Source: Dicyema japonicum (Eukaryota > Animalia > Dicyemida). From it: a stretch of 64,000 bases of DNA. Positions 24,595 through 36,828 of this stretch are shown here, piece after piece (the first letter of the stretch is position 1; each line of letters begins with the position of its first letter). Below the pieces are notes generated by a model. The model was not told the DNA's origin, made no database searches, and saw nothing but the letters and a program-made list of their open reading frames with translations. A program made the translations under genes and the position numbers. The stretch covers positions 1,192,360 through 1,256,359 of the forward strand of contig RDEW01000001.1 in assembly GCA_011109175.1 (NCBI GenBank), written 5' to 3'.

Positions 24595-26830
24595 CGACTA
24601 TCGGATGGACTTTAACACGTCGAAGATATTCTTGGAGTAGATATCATCCCAGTCACGTAGCCTCAAAGGATCGTTCGGCATATCCAAACCAGTTTCACAC
24701 CATTCGCGACGAGCTTCGTCGAAGACTCTTTCCCATGAAAGTCCGGTTGTAAAACGTAGGATTTCTTGGACCAAAAGGGTTCCACTTGAGAGCGATGACA
24801 CATATGCTGGATAGGCGATCTCCAGCGCCGACCTGAGACCCGTTCCTCCAAGGCGTGTAGGAAGCTTGCATTGGTTCCAACTCGGCACATCAAAGTGGAT
24901 GTTTAGAAGCAATTCAGCTGATTTTCTTAATGTCCTATCCAGTGACAGCAGGATGTCACGATGTTTGAAGCAGGGAGAACATCGGAGAGCATATAGGAGT
25001 TTGAGCAAGCCGATGCTATTCTTCAAAAGGAAGAACGCTGTATGACCATCGAGTAAGGAGATTTCTCCGTGACTCTGGAGAGTTCATCCTCTTTTGTTTG
25101 TAGATGGCTCCGCAGTTCCTTTTCGTCAAGTGGGCACCCAAGAAAGTATGACCGCTCCCTGGGTACGACAGTAATTCCAGGTAGTACCGAGTTGAAAGAC
25201 TCGACCACGTTGATGAAATCACTCCGAGTATGTGATATTTATTAGCTCCGATTTTTTATGTTTATCTCAAGTCCGAGGTTTCGTAGTGCCGGCACGGCAT
25301 GTGACAGAACGTCGTGTACTTTTCTCCACGGCCCTCCAATTGTGGCGTCATCGAGATACCAGAGGTTTAGTTGTGTGTTTATAGAGCTGACAATTTCATC
25401 GATAGAGTAGTGGACCAAGTGGATCCCCTTGTTGAACTCCCGTCTTCGAACAGATAATCTTGTCCCCAAAAACCAGTGAAGAATTGGTTCCGTAAGCGAG
25501 GTAGACAAGTGGAATAAGTTCCGGGGCTCGTTTGCTTGTAGATTCGAAAATTTGATCCCTCCGCAATGAATTGAAGGCGTTGCAGATGTCCAGCTTGACC
25601 CCAATTTGTGGGTTTTGTTCGTCTTTCTGTCCAAAAAAACACCTCGCACTATGCACTGCCGCCTCGCATTCGTTCCTTACACCGACCCCCAGTTGGAGGG
25701 GGAAAATTCTTCAGATATTCTCGGACAGACAATACTGCATGCGATTTTCGCTGTCAGTCTTCTGAAATAGTTGCCGACCGCGATGGGGCGGACCCCACCT
25801 TCGGGTTTTTTGAAGGCCAGTAGATGTGCACTGAAAAGAAGCTCCCTTGCGTGAAGAGGAATATCTCCGTTCAAAATACGCATAACCAGTTTTGTAATTG
25901 ATTTGACAAGGTTGCAGCCAGCTTCTGCGGTAGCCCCCGCCGTAAGATCCTTGATGTGACCCGGCCGCAAGCCATCGATACTTCCACTGCTACTCGTTGC
26001 AAACGACGAAATGCCGCGTCTCACTTCGCCTTCGGTGACGGTCGTCCTTGACAAATTTCCCGGAAGCACGAATTTTCCGGAGCACATGGATGTCTATGTC
26101 TGAGTAGTTCCAGCACCTCAGGTGTCGCAGCCATAACAGACGACGCGCAACGCCGCTCGGACGTCGCCTTCGAATAGTTTGCGGTTCACTCTCTCTTTAA
26201 GTTTCTCCGGGCCATTCAAATAAACCGGAGGATTGGAATCAGAATGTCTTGATTTCTTGACATCCGTCTTGGTGAGAGAAAGCACGTAGAAAACCTGGAT
26301 GTTCTTCATTTTTGAAGAAAGGGAGTTCCCAAGTGTCGTGCTTTCTCTGTATTCCGTTGATCTCCTTTTGAGTCGATAAATGGAATTCCAAAGGCCATCG
26401 GAGCAAAACTGAGGAGTTTTGAAGTGCCAGGCCTCCAGGTCGTCGGACGTGAGAGCATCGTCAATTGCAGCAGCCAGGCATGTAGCCGCGGGGATCCGGA
26501 CGGGTCTTGGGATCCTGATTGAAATCTTCCTGGCTTTCCTTAGATCCGACAAGAAGAGCAATAGGTTGTCTATATCATTGAAGTCTAGAGGCTCGTTTGG
26601 TTCGACGTGCTCGTTTGGAATGATCATCTGGGTTTTCCAACCAGTGCCCATGCAGACACTGCAGTTCCACAGACAGAGCGAGTACGCAGCCCGCTGAGAC
26701 ATCTTTATGCATCCAAGGTGGAAAAAGTCACCGCAAGACGAGCAGAAAAGTCCATATTTGCGTGCATTGTAAAACTGCATGTAGAGCATGTAGTGTCCAG
26801 TCTCTTGGTGTAATGTGTGTTGCTCCATTG
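24595..26830 (-). mobile_element. CRE-clade non-LTR retrotransposon with N-terminal PHD finger, frameshifted, 3' end missing
   Basis: CSTC..CSSC...FHLGC...WNCSVC (C4HC3); RT motifs SGSIDGLRPGHIK, GGVRPIAVGNYFRRL, VKLDICNAFNSLRRD, GVQQGDPLGPLL, LWYLDD, LPTRLGGTGLRS. Confidence 0.85.
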
Positions 26831-26899
26831 TATGAACGACGCTCCATGATGATACAATTACTCACCACAAAAAAATTTTAGCTGCCATAAAAATTGCCT

Positions 26900-27300
26900 T
26901 ATTTATGACATATTCAAGTAGTAGTCCATAAGGATATTGGGATTTGTACCTTGCTCTCGATGTGCAGTTAAGTGTGGATAGCTCTTCTTGAGCCTACTTA
27001 TCGATTTCCGTAATACAGTGGAAGAAATATTATTCGTATTTTTTCCATACGTTTTTTGTTGTGTTTTTGACGTTCCGCATGATTTCTCCATTCAGTGACG
27101 TCCATTGATTGTCTTTCGACTTTAGATTATTTCTCGTTTGGATTAGAGCTCACGATTCAGAATCAATGGGATGCGAGAGACGTTGTGGGGGACCCATCGG
27201 AATGAATCTTTTGCGATCTCGGAGTATAATCTCTTTGAGGTGTCTGAAGGTAACGTCGATCGAGCTGAAATCCTCTATCCGGAAACCGTAGAGGGGTTGC
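26900..27300 (-). mobile_element. Degenerate LINE internal fragment
   Basis: FRHLKEIILRDRKRFIPMG...RNNLK...LNGEIMRNVKNTTKNVWKKY, typical of the APE-RT linker. Confidence 0.45.
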
Positions 27301-27669
27301 TCAATAAAATACAGTCAACTCGCAAATTGGCCATTTTGGTTCCTTAGAATTGTGTGGCCAAATTGAAAAAATAAAATCAATAATTTTGTAGAACAGTGAA
27401 CAAAGAATTTTTTAAATGGCTAAGAGTTTCCTCTCTAGTGCAGTTAATCTAACTACAATATATTTTTTTGTCTACAGGTCTTATTTTTTCCGATTCTTGT
27501 TCACTGATTCTAAAGAATTTTCATTGAATGCAAAAAATGCTGCCTTGGTAGATATTAAGGCATCATTCAGAAAACCACCTAGAAAATTGAAAAATACCCA
27601 TAGACTATTACCTCCATCCATTCTACCGACTTCTCTTCAAGCTTTGGAAACTTTGGTTTATTAAATTAA

Positions 27670-28245
27670 ATTAATTATTAACCCTGGCTTCGCCAGCAAG
27701 TGGGAAGCCGGCGACCATCAAAGAGCGTGCAGTCCGGACAGGCCGCTCCAGAGATCCTCGACTTTTGCATCCGGTGGTCCAGGGCAGGGAAAAAGGTCTC
27801 GAACTACTCTGCCAGCCAGAAAAGGGTGGTGTCCACACGTAGGCGAGCCAGTCCGATTCTGATCTTCCTCGGGAGCGATTGTTCGTTGGACTGATATCCG
27901 GGGGGAAGCGCTCCAAGACTTTGTTATATTGAAGTGTCCTAATGGCCCGTGTTGAGATAAAATCATGGATTCGGCGGGTCCAAGTTGAGTCTTCTTGAGG
28001 GGGGGGTGATCTTCGACAAGGCTCTTTGTAGGTCAAAGAGGGTCCTGCGTATGAATCTGCGGTTATTGTTACTTAGCAAAGCGTGAACTGGGTGATTCGG
28101 GTCGAATGACTGCCGTAGGAATTGTAAATTACGCATTTCCAGGTGGTCATAGAGCGGGAGGATTTTCGACTCCCAATGTAAATGGTCGGTGGGGGTTGAG
28201 TTTAAGCAGCCAGTTATTATTCTCAGCGCCGAGTTTTGCACTTTC
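27670..28245 (-). mobile_element. I/Jockey-like LINE 3' fragment
   Basis: QNSALRIITGCLNSTPTDHLHWESKILPLYDHLEMR, then a degenerate C-terminal zinc-knuckle region (CGHHPFLA...FPCP...DLW) and an AT-rich tail. Confidence 0.75.
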
Positions 28246-28349
28246 TGCAGTTCAAACTTTTGGTTTATGTGGAGTTTTAATTACAATTGATTTTTAGAAT
28301 CTTTCAAAATAGCGTGTTTCTACAGTAAAAGATTATTTATTGTTTTTTA

Positions 28350-30200
28350 GATGTCGTCTTCCGCACCTCGGATAATCTTTGTAGTCAGACGCCTCCACGC
28401 TCCTGTTGAGATAGCGATTTTTCAGAGGTCGTCTAAGTCATCAAGGTTTTCCAGTCGCATTTTGCATTTTTTAAGGTCGTTATTTAAGGTCAGAGGAAAT
28501 GTTGTCCGTGGTCTGCCCCGAAATAAACCAGTGCTTAGAAAGTATAGATCCATGATATTATTTGCGGGAGCAGCAGAATCCATCCTCAAGATGTGCCCAA
28601 ATAATCCCATCGAGTTTTCATTACAGTGGTCCCCAAGCTTTCAGACTTACAGATAATGTATAGGTTCTGGTGGCTGATCACCTTCTGTCAATGTCGTTGA
28701 TACCGTCAATGTCCGGACTCCTTGTGTTGTTCAGTTTTTGCAGAGCCGTTTGCATCTCCGCCACCGTTATGCGTTTGTCGACACTCTTAAAGAGTAATTC
28801 AAAGTGATCAGTAATATTCTCTGTAACTTCTTTTTTTCTAGTATTCGTCTTCCATTCTTGTCATTCACAATCGATCCTTTAGGTTTATCCGCTCTGTTTA
28901 AAAGCCGGGTTGCTTTGAACAACTTCGGTCCAAAATTAAGTTCCTCAACCTCCTCTGCGTACTGTTCAAGTGTCCTTTCGTGGAGCAATCGTTCTCTTTT
29001 CTTTATGTTCCGTAGGATCGAGTTCCTTTTTTCTTTAAATAATGCTTTCTTTTTTTGACATTTTGTATTCTCAGCCCTGAGTCTCAAATTTTTTGTGTTC
29101 TCCATAACAAGTCTATTTGTTTGTCGTATAGACGAGCAGATTGTGGTCTTCTTGAGACATCCTTCAATAGTGACCAAGCAATATTTCCAAGTCCATTAGT
29201 TATTGCAGCCCACCGCTGACTTGGTGGGCCTCTCATGTCCGATTTTGACGTCTACTTTGTCAGCGAATTTCTTGCGGGTGACGATATTTGTGCCAACCTT
29301 CCAGAGTTTTGTTTGTTTTGTTTTTCTTGATCACTCTTTGACTTTAGTTTAAAGCGAGAAATGACCACTTTATGAACACTCAGTAGGATAGTGTCTCCAT
29401 AAGATCGCGAGTCCATAAGCATGCACTTGAATTCACGCTTACACAGTATATAATCAATTTGATTGTAAATCGGGACTATCTCACCATTCCGATGCGTCTT
29501 GGAATGTTTGAACGCCGTATGCACAGAAAGAGGTCAAATGCACAGCAGAATCCTGCGAGTGCAGTAAAATTAGAATTTCTCTTCCCTCTACTGTGGGTTC
29601 CAATGAAGTTTTCGTCCGTGCTACGTGTACCAACTTTTGCGTTCCAGTCACCGGTAAGAAAAACGAGGGGGAAGCTCGAATATCGTCCATGATCATCGCG
29701 AGTTCCGTGTAGAGGTTTTCAACTTCATCTGGACACTTCATTGCCAAGCTCAAGTCGGGTATATGCGTTGATAACGGTAGTCAGCGTTACCCCCAACTTC
29801 AGTTGAATGACAGAGATCCTGTCACTTACACTCCAGCATCTGTGAATCGCATTGCCAAACGTCGAGAAAGCCCAACACAAGCAGTCATAAATAATTAATC
29901 CAAGGAAGAAAATCAAAGGAGAACGTCTGCTTGTGCCAGCCAAATCCATCTCCGATAGTCCATTACAGGATTCCGTCTCCGAAAAGAGGTCGAGGAGTAG
30001 GTCTGCCTTCTTCCATTTTCATCACACGCCATACCGTCGTGACATCACTTCATTCGTTGGGGGAAGTGTTTCCATAGTGGTAATCTTCACCAGTGTTCTT
30101 TGCATGGAAGAAGGTAGGAAGATCCCTTTCAACAACTGTGCCTGCCGTGTCAGATGGGCTCGTCGCCTCAAGGGTGGAATCTATTTGGCGAGAATTGACA
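28350..30200 (-). mobile_element. RTE-like LINE (family A), internally deleted, with 5' leader, APE and 3' end
   Basis: APE motifs (INAY.P, FFLPVTGTQKL degenerate for GDWNAK, NQIDYILCKR..CMLMDSRSYG); 3' LFGHILRMDSAAPAN...RGRPRTT; 5' leader repeated at 39900-40090. Confidence 0.8.
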
Positions 30201-30254
30201 TTCAATGAAAACTTCATATTTCGGATTCAAACCCACAACTGTCAGATCTGATGT

Positions 30255-31250
30255 CATTAGACCAGTCCTTTTCCTGCGGTTAGTTTTGAAGTCCTGAATT
30301 AATCTCCACAGCGGGGAGGTTTCTTCTCATATCTCGGGCAGGCGTCCATATATAGTCTGATGGCGGTCCGAAAAAATTTATTTTATTTTAATAACCCCGG
30401 GAACACCGAGAAAGAAAGACAAAAGAGTCAAACAATTAGGTGATCCCAGTCCTCGCAATCAATTGTGCCATTCGACGTCTGTGATCTTCCATCGTCCCCA
30501 CTACTTTCCGGAAGAGCCTTCTCTCGGTCTTGCAGAGGAATCCGATCGGGGAGGGGAATTTCTTATCCAATTGGTTTTCTCTTGCCATGGAAAGGATCAG
30601 GCGAAGCGGATTTCCATCTTCCTCACAGACGCGAAGAAATCTGGAGCCACGACTACGGATCTTAGCTTCCATGAGTAGTGGGTCGACTGTTGATCCATTA
30701 CGTGGGCAAAGCATACTGATTGTTTTCCGGTATATCGAGTTGATTCTTTGGACCATAGACTCCGATAGCCCGAAATGGTCAAGGGACTTTGCCATCTTGA
30801 GGAAGTCCCGGTGACATTCCGTAAAATATTCCATGATTGGCGGACGTTTAGTATTCTCCGCACTAACGAGGTGGACGTCTTTTTCGACGATCCCAATAGA
30901 ATCCTGAGACATCGATTTTGTAAAACTTCCAGCTTGCTCTGTGCCGATATTGATAAGGGGCAATCCATGCAGCACAGGCGTACTCGATACTAGGTAGAAC
31001 AAATTGTTTGTATAGAAGCTCTAACGATGGGCAACACCACGAATAACATTATATGACTCCCATGACTGAGTGAATGCCTTGAGAATTCCAATTTTCTTTT
31101 GGATCTTTCCAGTTCCTAGGTCAACTTGATGGGTAAATGTGAGTAGGGGATCCAGATGACTCCAAGGATTGAAAGGGTCTTCTTAATGAGAAGCAGGAAG
31201 TCATATAATGTTATTCGTGGTGTTGCCCGTAATTCTTTTCGTGCTGAGGT
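30255..31250 (-). mobile_element. I/Jockey-like LINE 3' fragments (family B)
   Basis: SKLEVLQNRCLRILLGSSKKTSTSLVRRILNV; ORF ends ARTGIT*; tail CTTTCTCGGTGTTCCCGGGGTTATTAAATAAAATAAA; a second short piece at 30255-30350 matches 23360-23430. Confidence 0.8.
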
Positions 31251-31267
31251 AACGATTTGTAAAAATA

Positions 31268-34200
31268 ATGTTTAATAAAATAACAAACATGCAACGTGCG
31301 TTCGATTCGGTGGCGTTAAAACTCTCTCGAGTTGGTAAAAACGTTGAAAGGAAAAAAGTAGAAGGGTCACTTGCGTTATCAGATGGTATGAATATAATTC
31401 TTGCCAGATCCGAGAGCGTTGTGGCAGCTGACCCAAAAGAATGGGCGAGGCAGGTAGTCCTGCAGGTACGTAGCAGGTTATCCGAATGCCCTGGAATGGT
31501 TGGCCATACTTGGCGGAGCTCTGCAGTGGCAGATTCAGTACTGCTATATATCTGTGAGTGAACTCAAGAAAATGGCTGTAGGCAAAGAGGGTACTGGTCT
31601 AAAGGAACGGGGACCAGATGACCACAACTGTCAAAGAGAGCACGAGCACCAGAGCTGTGATAGGTTGCAGCTCAAGCATGTTTATGAGGTCTTGCGCGGA
31701 ATCTTGCTGCAGCGGCAGATGTCCCACTTGAGGACCGAAGATTTACCCGCAAGATCTTTCATTGTAAGGTTAACGGAGTAGTGTTAACCTGTATCAATAA
31801 GGCTGTGGATTATGCGGTAGAGGCTAAGCCAGTAGGGTCACTGGGTGACATCTCCCTACTGCTGTATGCAGCACAGATCACCTATGAGGAATTGACGGAC
31901 AAGCCAGACCACCCAGTAAATGGAGGGAGCAGATCTGTGCCAAGATTGCTTGGAGACAGACTGAGCTGGAAGCACTGGAGGGGCACATAAGTAGTGTGGC
32001 AAGAGGGTTAGAGGAAAAGCACCGCCTATAGTAAAGGGGCTAATTAGTAAACTCCGTGTTCTCAAATGGGACCTCAAAGAGTTGAGGAAGGCAATAGTGG
32101 AGTTAGAGGGGGCAATCATGGTGTACAAGAGGAAACTCTATACACATGAAAGTCGGTGTAAGAGAAGGAGAGAAAATAATCTGTTTGAGTTTAATCGCAG
32201 ATTGTTTTACCGTCGCCTACACGAAAATAGCATAGTGTATGTTCCCAGCAGGACGCGGAAATGCTTTCCACATGGGGTAGTATGTGGGAGGCTAAACCAC
32301 GCAGAGGAAATGCGTGGAATGTCCCGTACAGCGCCGGTCCTTTTCTTGGCGGAATCTTGCGGAATTTTCGATTTCCGTAAGAAATTTGAGGCGGTAGTGA
32401 GACATCTCTCTGATTGGAAAACGACTAGGGTCGATAAAGTTTATAATTTCTTTATCAAAAGATGCACTTCATTGCACGAGTCTATGTGTCGTGTATTAAA
32501 GAATAGCTTCACTATCCCGGAAACGATTCCTGATTTGGCATGCACAGGGACAACTTATTTGATCCCAAAGCTGGACAACCCCCAGTCTGCTGCAGACTAT
32601 CGACCGATAACCTGCATGCCAACCCTGTATAAACTGATGACCAAATTGGTGGCTAATGAGGTCAGGAGCTTTGTAGAAGCAAATGGAATTCTCCGAGAAT
32701 CAGTTGGGTACTGTGCGAAATTATCAGGGGCAAAAGAGCAGGCTTTGATCAACAAGTGCCTTTCTGTGTCTCACGGAAACTCACTTTTGTCTATGTGGGT
32801 GGATTGAAGAAGGCTTACGATTCAGTTGATCACTCTTACCTTGTCGAGTGCCTACACAGTCTGTGTATGCCTGTGTGGTTCATCAGCTTTGTAGTGGCTG
32901 TGATGAATAGGTGGAGTATTCATCTGAACTATAATAGGCACCGGATAGGCGAGGTAAAACTCAAGAGGGGATCCTTCAGGGAGATAGCATGTCTCCGCTG
33001 CTCTTTTTTCTTTGTTTGGAGCCAAATACCAGTTCATTGTGAGAGGGTTTGTTTCAGTATAAATCACCTTCTTTTTATCGATGACCTGAAGATGTATGCT
33101 CGAGGAGCTCTACTCCATGGGGGTCTGTGCCAGGGAATTCTTTGAGTATAGGACTAGATTTGAATTATTCAAAGTCTGCGACTAACACGCAAGTATGTAG
33201 CGAGTTAGTTAGAGTCCTAGAGGAACACGAAGGATTTAAGTATCTGGATGTTACCGAAACTCCAAAGTGCCTTATAATGCCTGAGACAAAGCGACAAATT
33301 ACTGAAGGCATCCGTAAAAGGCAGCGTTATTGTGTATGACGTCTCTAAATGCAAGGAATTTGTTCCTAGCATTAAATGAGTATGCTGTGTCGTTGCTAAA
33401 TTACTCATAGGTGTTGTGGAGTTTGAGCCCAAAGAGTATGATGAGATGGATGTTATGATCCGTGGAGTACTCAGAGAGAACCATGTCCATGTGCTGGCAA
33501 CCAATAAGGAGAGACTATATTTACCCCGTGATAAATTCGGCCATGGACTGTGTGGAGTAGTCCAACTAAGTAAGCGTATCCTAATGCGAATGCACGACAC
33601 CCTGATAGCTGGGTCAAGTGTGTCTGCTAGGAAGTACGCCATAATAACGACCGAGAAAACACGGGCAACCCACCTAGGCACTATCAGACCTTTTTTGTCT
33701 GCTAAGTATGGTGTTGATGATGGTGGGCTAGTAAATGTGAAGGCGTTGATCGAATTACAATATAATAATTTGATGGAAAAGATCAACTTAAAAAGCCTTC
33801 ATAAGGTCCTCTTTAGAGCATTGGACAACCACATGTCGACCTTAAGTCGTAGACAATATGGCTAAAATACGGTGACAACTCACCTCGATCGGAGGCGCTG
33901 TGCACGTATATGCAAGACCGCAATATTTTTTGGGGTCGATCAACAAATACATGTCCCCACTGTAAGTCAAGGAGCATGTCGGTTGATCATTTAGCCACTC
34001 GATGTGGATCCATGCTCTGCCACGACTATGTGTGGAGGCATAACGAGGTAGTAAGGAGTCTTCATCTTCTACTATGCAATAAGTATGGTATTCGCCACAC
34101 CAGAAAGTTGCGGACTCATAAGGTGCAATCTGTAGTAGAGAACACCAGGGTCCAAATTAAGGTAGACAGTGTTATCCGTACCTCGGTGCTAGTCAAGCAC

Positions 34201-34503
34201 AATAAAGTACCACAAGGGTTATCTGAAGCAGTTGGGGGTAGATAGGAAGCTCCAGGCCTATCTACAGTCCACTGTATTAAAGCGGACCCTAGAGAGTCTG
34301 ACACTGGAGTATAAGAAGCAGAGCCCTGAGATGCCATATGGGCAGAGGGTTTAATTGGACAAGGCGCTCTCGGAGTTGTTTCAGCAACCAGAATCGAACC
34401 TGCCTGAGGAGGCTAGCGAACAGGCAGGCGAGGAAGGTTGTTGATTATTAAATATTAACTTTTAATTGTTGGTTAAATAAAGTGAGTTGTTAATAATAAT
34501 AAT
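31268..34503 (+). mobile_element. R4-clade (RLE-type) non-LTR retrotransposon, near full length, frameshifted
   Basis: RRRENNLFEFNRRLFYRRL, GTTYLIPK...DYRPITCMPTLYKL, LKKAYDSVDH, HLLFIDDLKMYA, KERLYLPRDKFGHGL, CPHC...VDHLATRC...YVWRHNEVVRSLH; 3' end followed by (TAA)4. Confidence 0.88.
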
Positions 34504-34523
34504 ATTAATTCCCAAGCAACATA

Positions 34524-36173
34524 ATGAGTACCTTAAGAGACGATGTCAAGAGACCACAAAAAGCAGTTGACTACTACAGAAATCTAGAAGACTCTGTTTC
34601 AAACCACTCCCGCATTACTTCTAACAAAACTCAACAAATCAGTGAGGCTACGTTGGGAGAGATGTCTCAGAAGGATATTCAAAGTCTTCATAAAAGTCGC
34701 CGCAGACATGCATTGGCTCAGTTATTGCATGAAGAGAGTCTAAAATTCCACGAAGAGTTGGCAAGGAAGCAGTTCCCACAGAAAAGTGTGGAAACAATGA
34801 AGGCAAGAATCTCCCAGCTTAGGAATGCCAAAGAACAACGCAGGTTGGAGGTAAATAGGCTCCATTCAGTTTAGTTTGTTGATGAGAAGTTATACAAACA
34901 GTTTTTGGAGAATAATTCAAATTTTAAGGAGGTGATATGTCTATATGATCCCTAGCAAAGATCCAAGGTCATACAGAAACGAGTAACCGAAGATTGGGCC
35001 CAGCAGATCGAAATGAAGAAAGAGGTTGTGAGAAATTAGTTTAATGTGCAGAAAGAGAGGCAGGAACAAGACTGGAAAATCAGGGAGAAGGAAATGTTCG
35101 AGAAGCAAGCTGAAGAGGCAAGAAGGAAGGCCGAGGAGGAAGAGAAAGCCAGATTAGCAAAACAGCTTGAGTTTAAACGGTCGATCGAACAACAAATCGA
35201 CCAACTGAGAGTCAAAAATCAAAAGGTTTCTGTTACAAAGACTTTAGTGCAAACAACTTGAGGAGGATGAACACAATTTGATCACTCAACAACAGATGAT
35301 TGGGGAGATTGAAGAAATGAAGAGGAAGAGAGATAACAGAGCCAAGAATGTAGAACTTGGGTTTAAATATGTGTTTGTTACCATAGTGAGACTTTGAAGG
35401 CTCAACATATTGCAAAAATAAGAGCACGTTCGCGTCAAGTGCAAGATGATTTGGTAGTGGGGGATGTGATTGCAGGATTATGACCAGAAATTGGTGGAAA
35501 TGTTGGTAAAAACAGAAAAGGAGAACTCTGTCAAGGCTGCTGAAAAAAAAGATAGGGCCAGAGCTGATGCAGAGTGGATGATAAGAGTCTTTAAGGATCA
35601 ACGTAAATTAGAAATGGCTCGGGAGAAGGAATTGGAGTTGATTCACAGGTTAGCCCCACCGACTAAATCTCAGCCACGAGGCAATGAGAGCGTGGCAGGA
35701 GAGGGAAGCCAATTGGGTGAGAGAACAGAAAGCCAGGGAAAACCTAATGAATGAGGTCCCTTCTTTTGTAATCGAAGGTTCTGAATGAACGGTCTGCTCA
35801 GATTGAGTACAAATTACGGAAAATCAGGGAAGAAAAACGAGAAGAGGAAAAGGAGAGGACAGCTTTGATAGAAAAAATTGAGGAATTTGGGGTAACAGAA
35901 CGGATTGAAAAGGCGAACAGTCAACGAAAAACACATGAAATGTCTCTTGATCTCCAAAAACAGGTAAACAGACAACCAGTACGCTAGATTGAAGAAAAAC
36001 GGGGACGGACAACGGCAGAACAAACGAGGATTACTGTAGATGATCCAGAAATGACCAAGAGAATGAAAGAGGACGTGAATAAGCCAGAAATGGTTTTAGT
36101 GGGTATAACGACTAGTTTTACGGGAGGAAGAAGGCGTACTATGGATAATCAAAAAAGAGTGGATGTGAATTAA
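34524..36173 (+). CDS. TPH-domain coiled-coil ciliary/centriolar protein (trichoplein/CFAP53 family)
   Basis: RRRHALAQLLHEE...MKARISQLRNAKEQRRLE|FVDEKLYKQFLENN...DWAQQIEMKKE follows the trichoplein/CFAP53 pattern; short introns; end approximate. Confidence 0.7.
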
Positions 36174-36212
36174 ACTATGCCAATTTATTAATAATGTTAA
36201 TTGTCTTTAATG

Positions 36213-36828
36213 TTAGAGTAGCAAACAGTGGGACTTTGTCTTTTTTTTTGAATCGGATAATTGTACGCATTTGACAAATATTTCTCGGAGATTTTCCTTG
36301 GTAAGGGAAGAGCACTCAATGTACCTAGGAAATGTCATAATAACGACACCCTACGGCATTAATTTCATTTGCTGTATTCTCTCCTTCTTCTCTTGAGATG
36401 AAATCACCTCCCTGTGTTCTAAGATCGGATTTAGTTCCCACAAGAATTATAGGGCAGTTTGGTAAGTATAGATTGATCTTGAAATCAGTTTAATAGGTAA
36501 CCTCGGTGACCCACTTTTCAATAATATTGGATAGTGAGGTCCTATCAACCAAGGAAAAGCAAAGGAGGGCGACGTCGGTGTCTGGATATGATAATGGGCG
36601 CAGTTTGTCGTAGTCCTCCTGACCAGCAGTATCAAATATTTTCATTTCATACTAAAATGACTAATCGATACAAACTTCTTTATCCTCCATTTTAAGTGTG
36701 GTAACTTTCGATTCAAACACCGTGGGAATGTAATCGGCAGGAAAGGCTCCATTGCAAAATGTTTCCAGAAGGCAGGTCTTACCGCACCCCCCATCTCCAA
36801 TAGTCACAACCTTGCATCCTTTAATCAT
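36213..36828 (-). CDS. Rho-family small GTPase
   Basis: [15 protein letters not shown], 24-nt intron 36652-36675, [43 protein letters not shown] box CLLL*. Confidence 0.95.
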
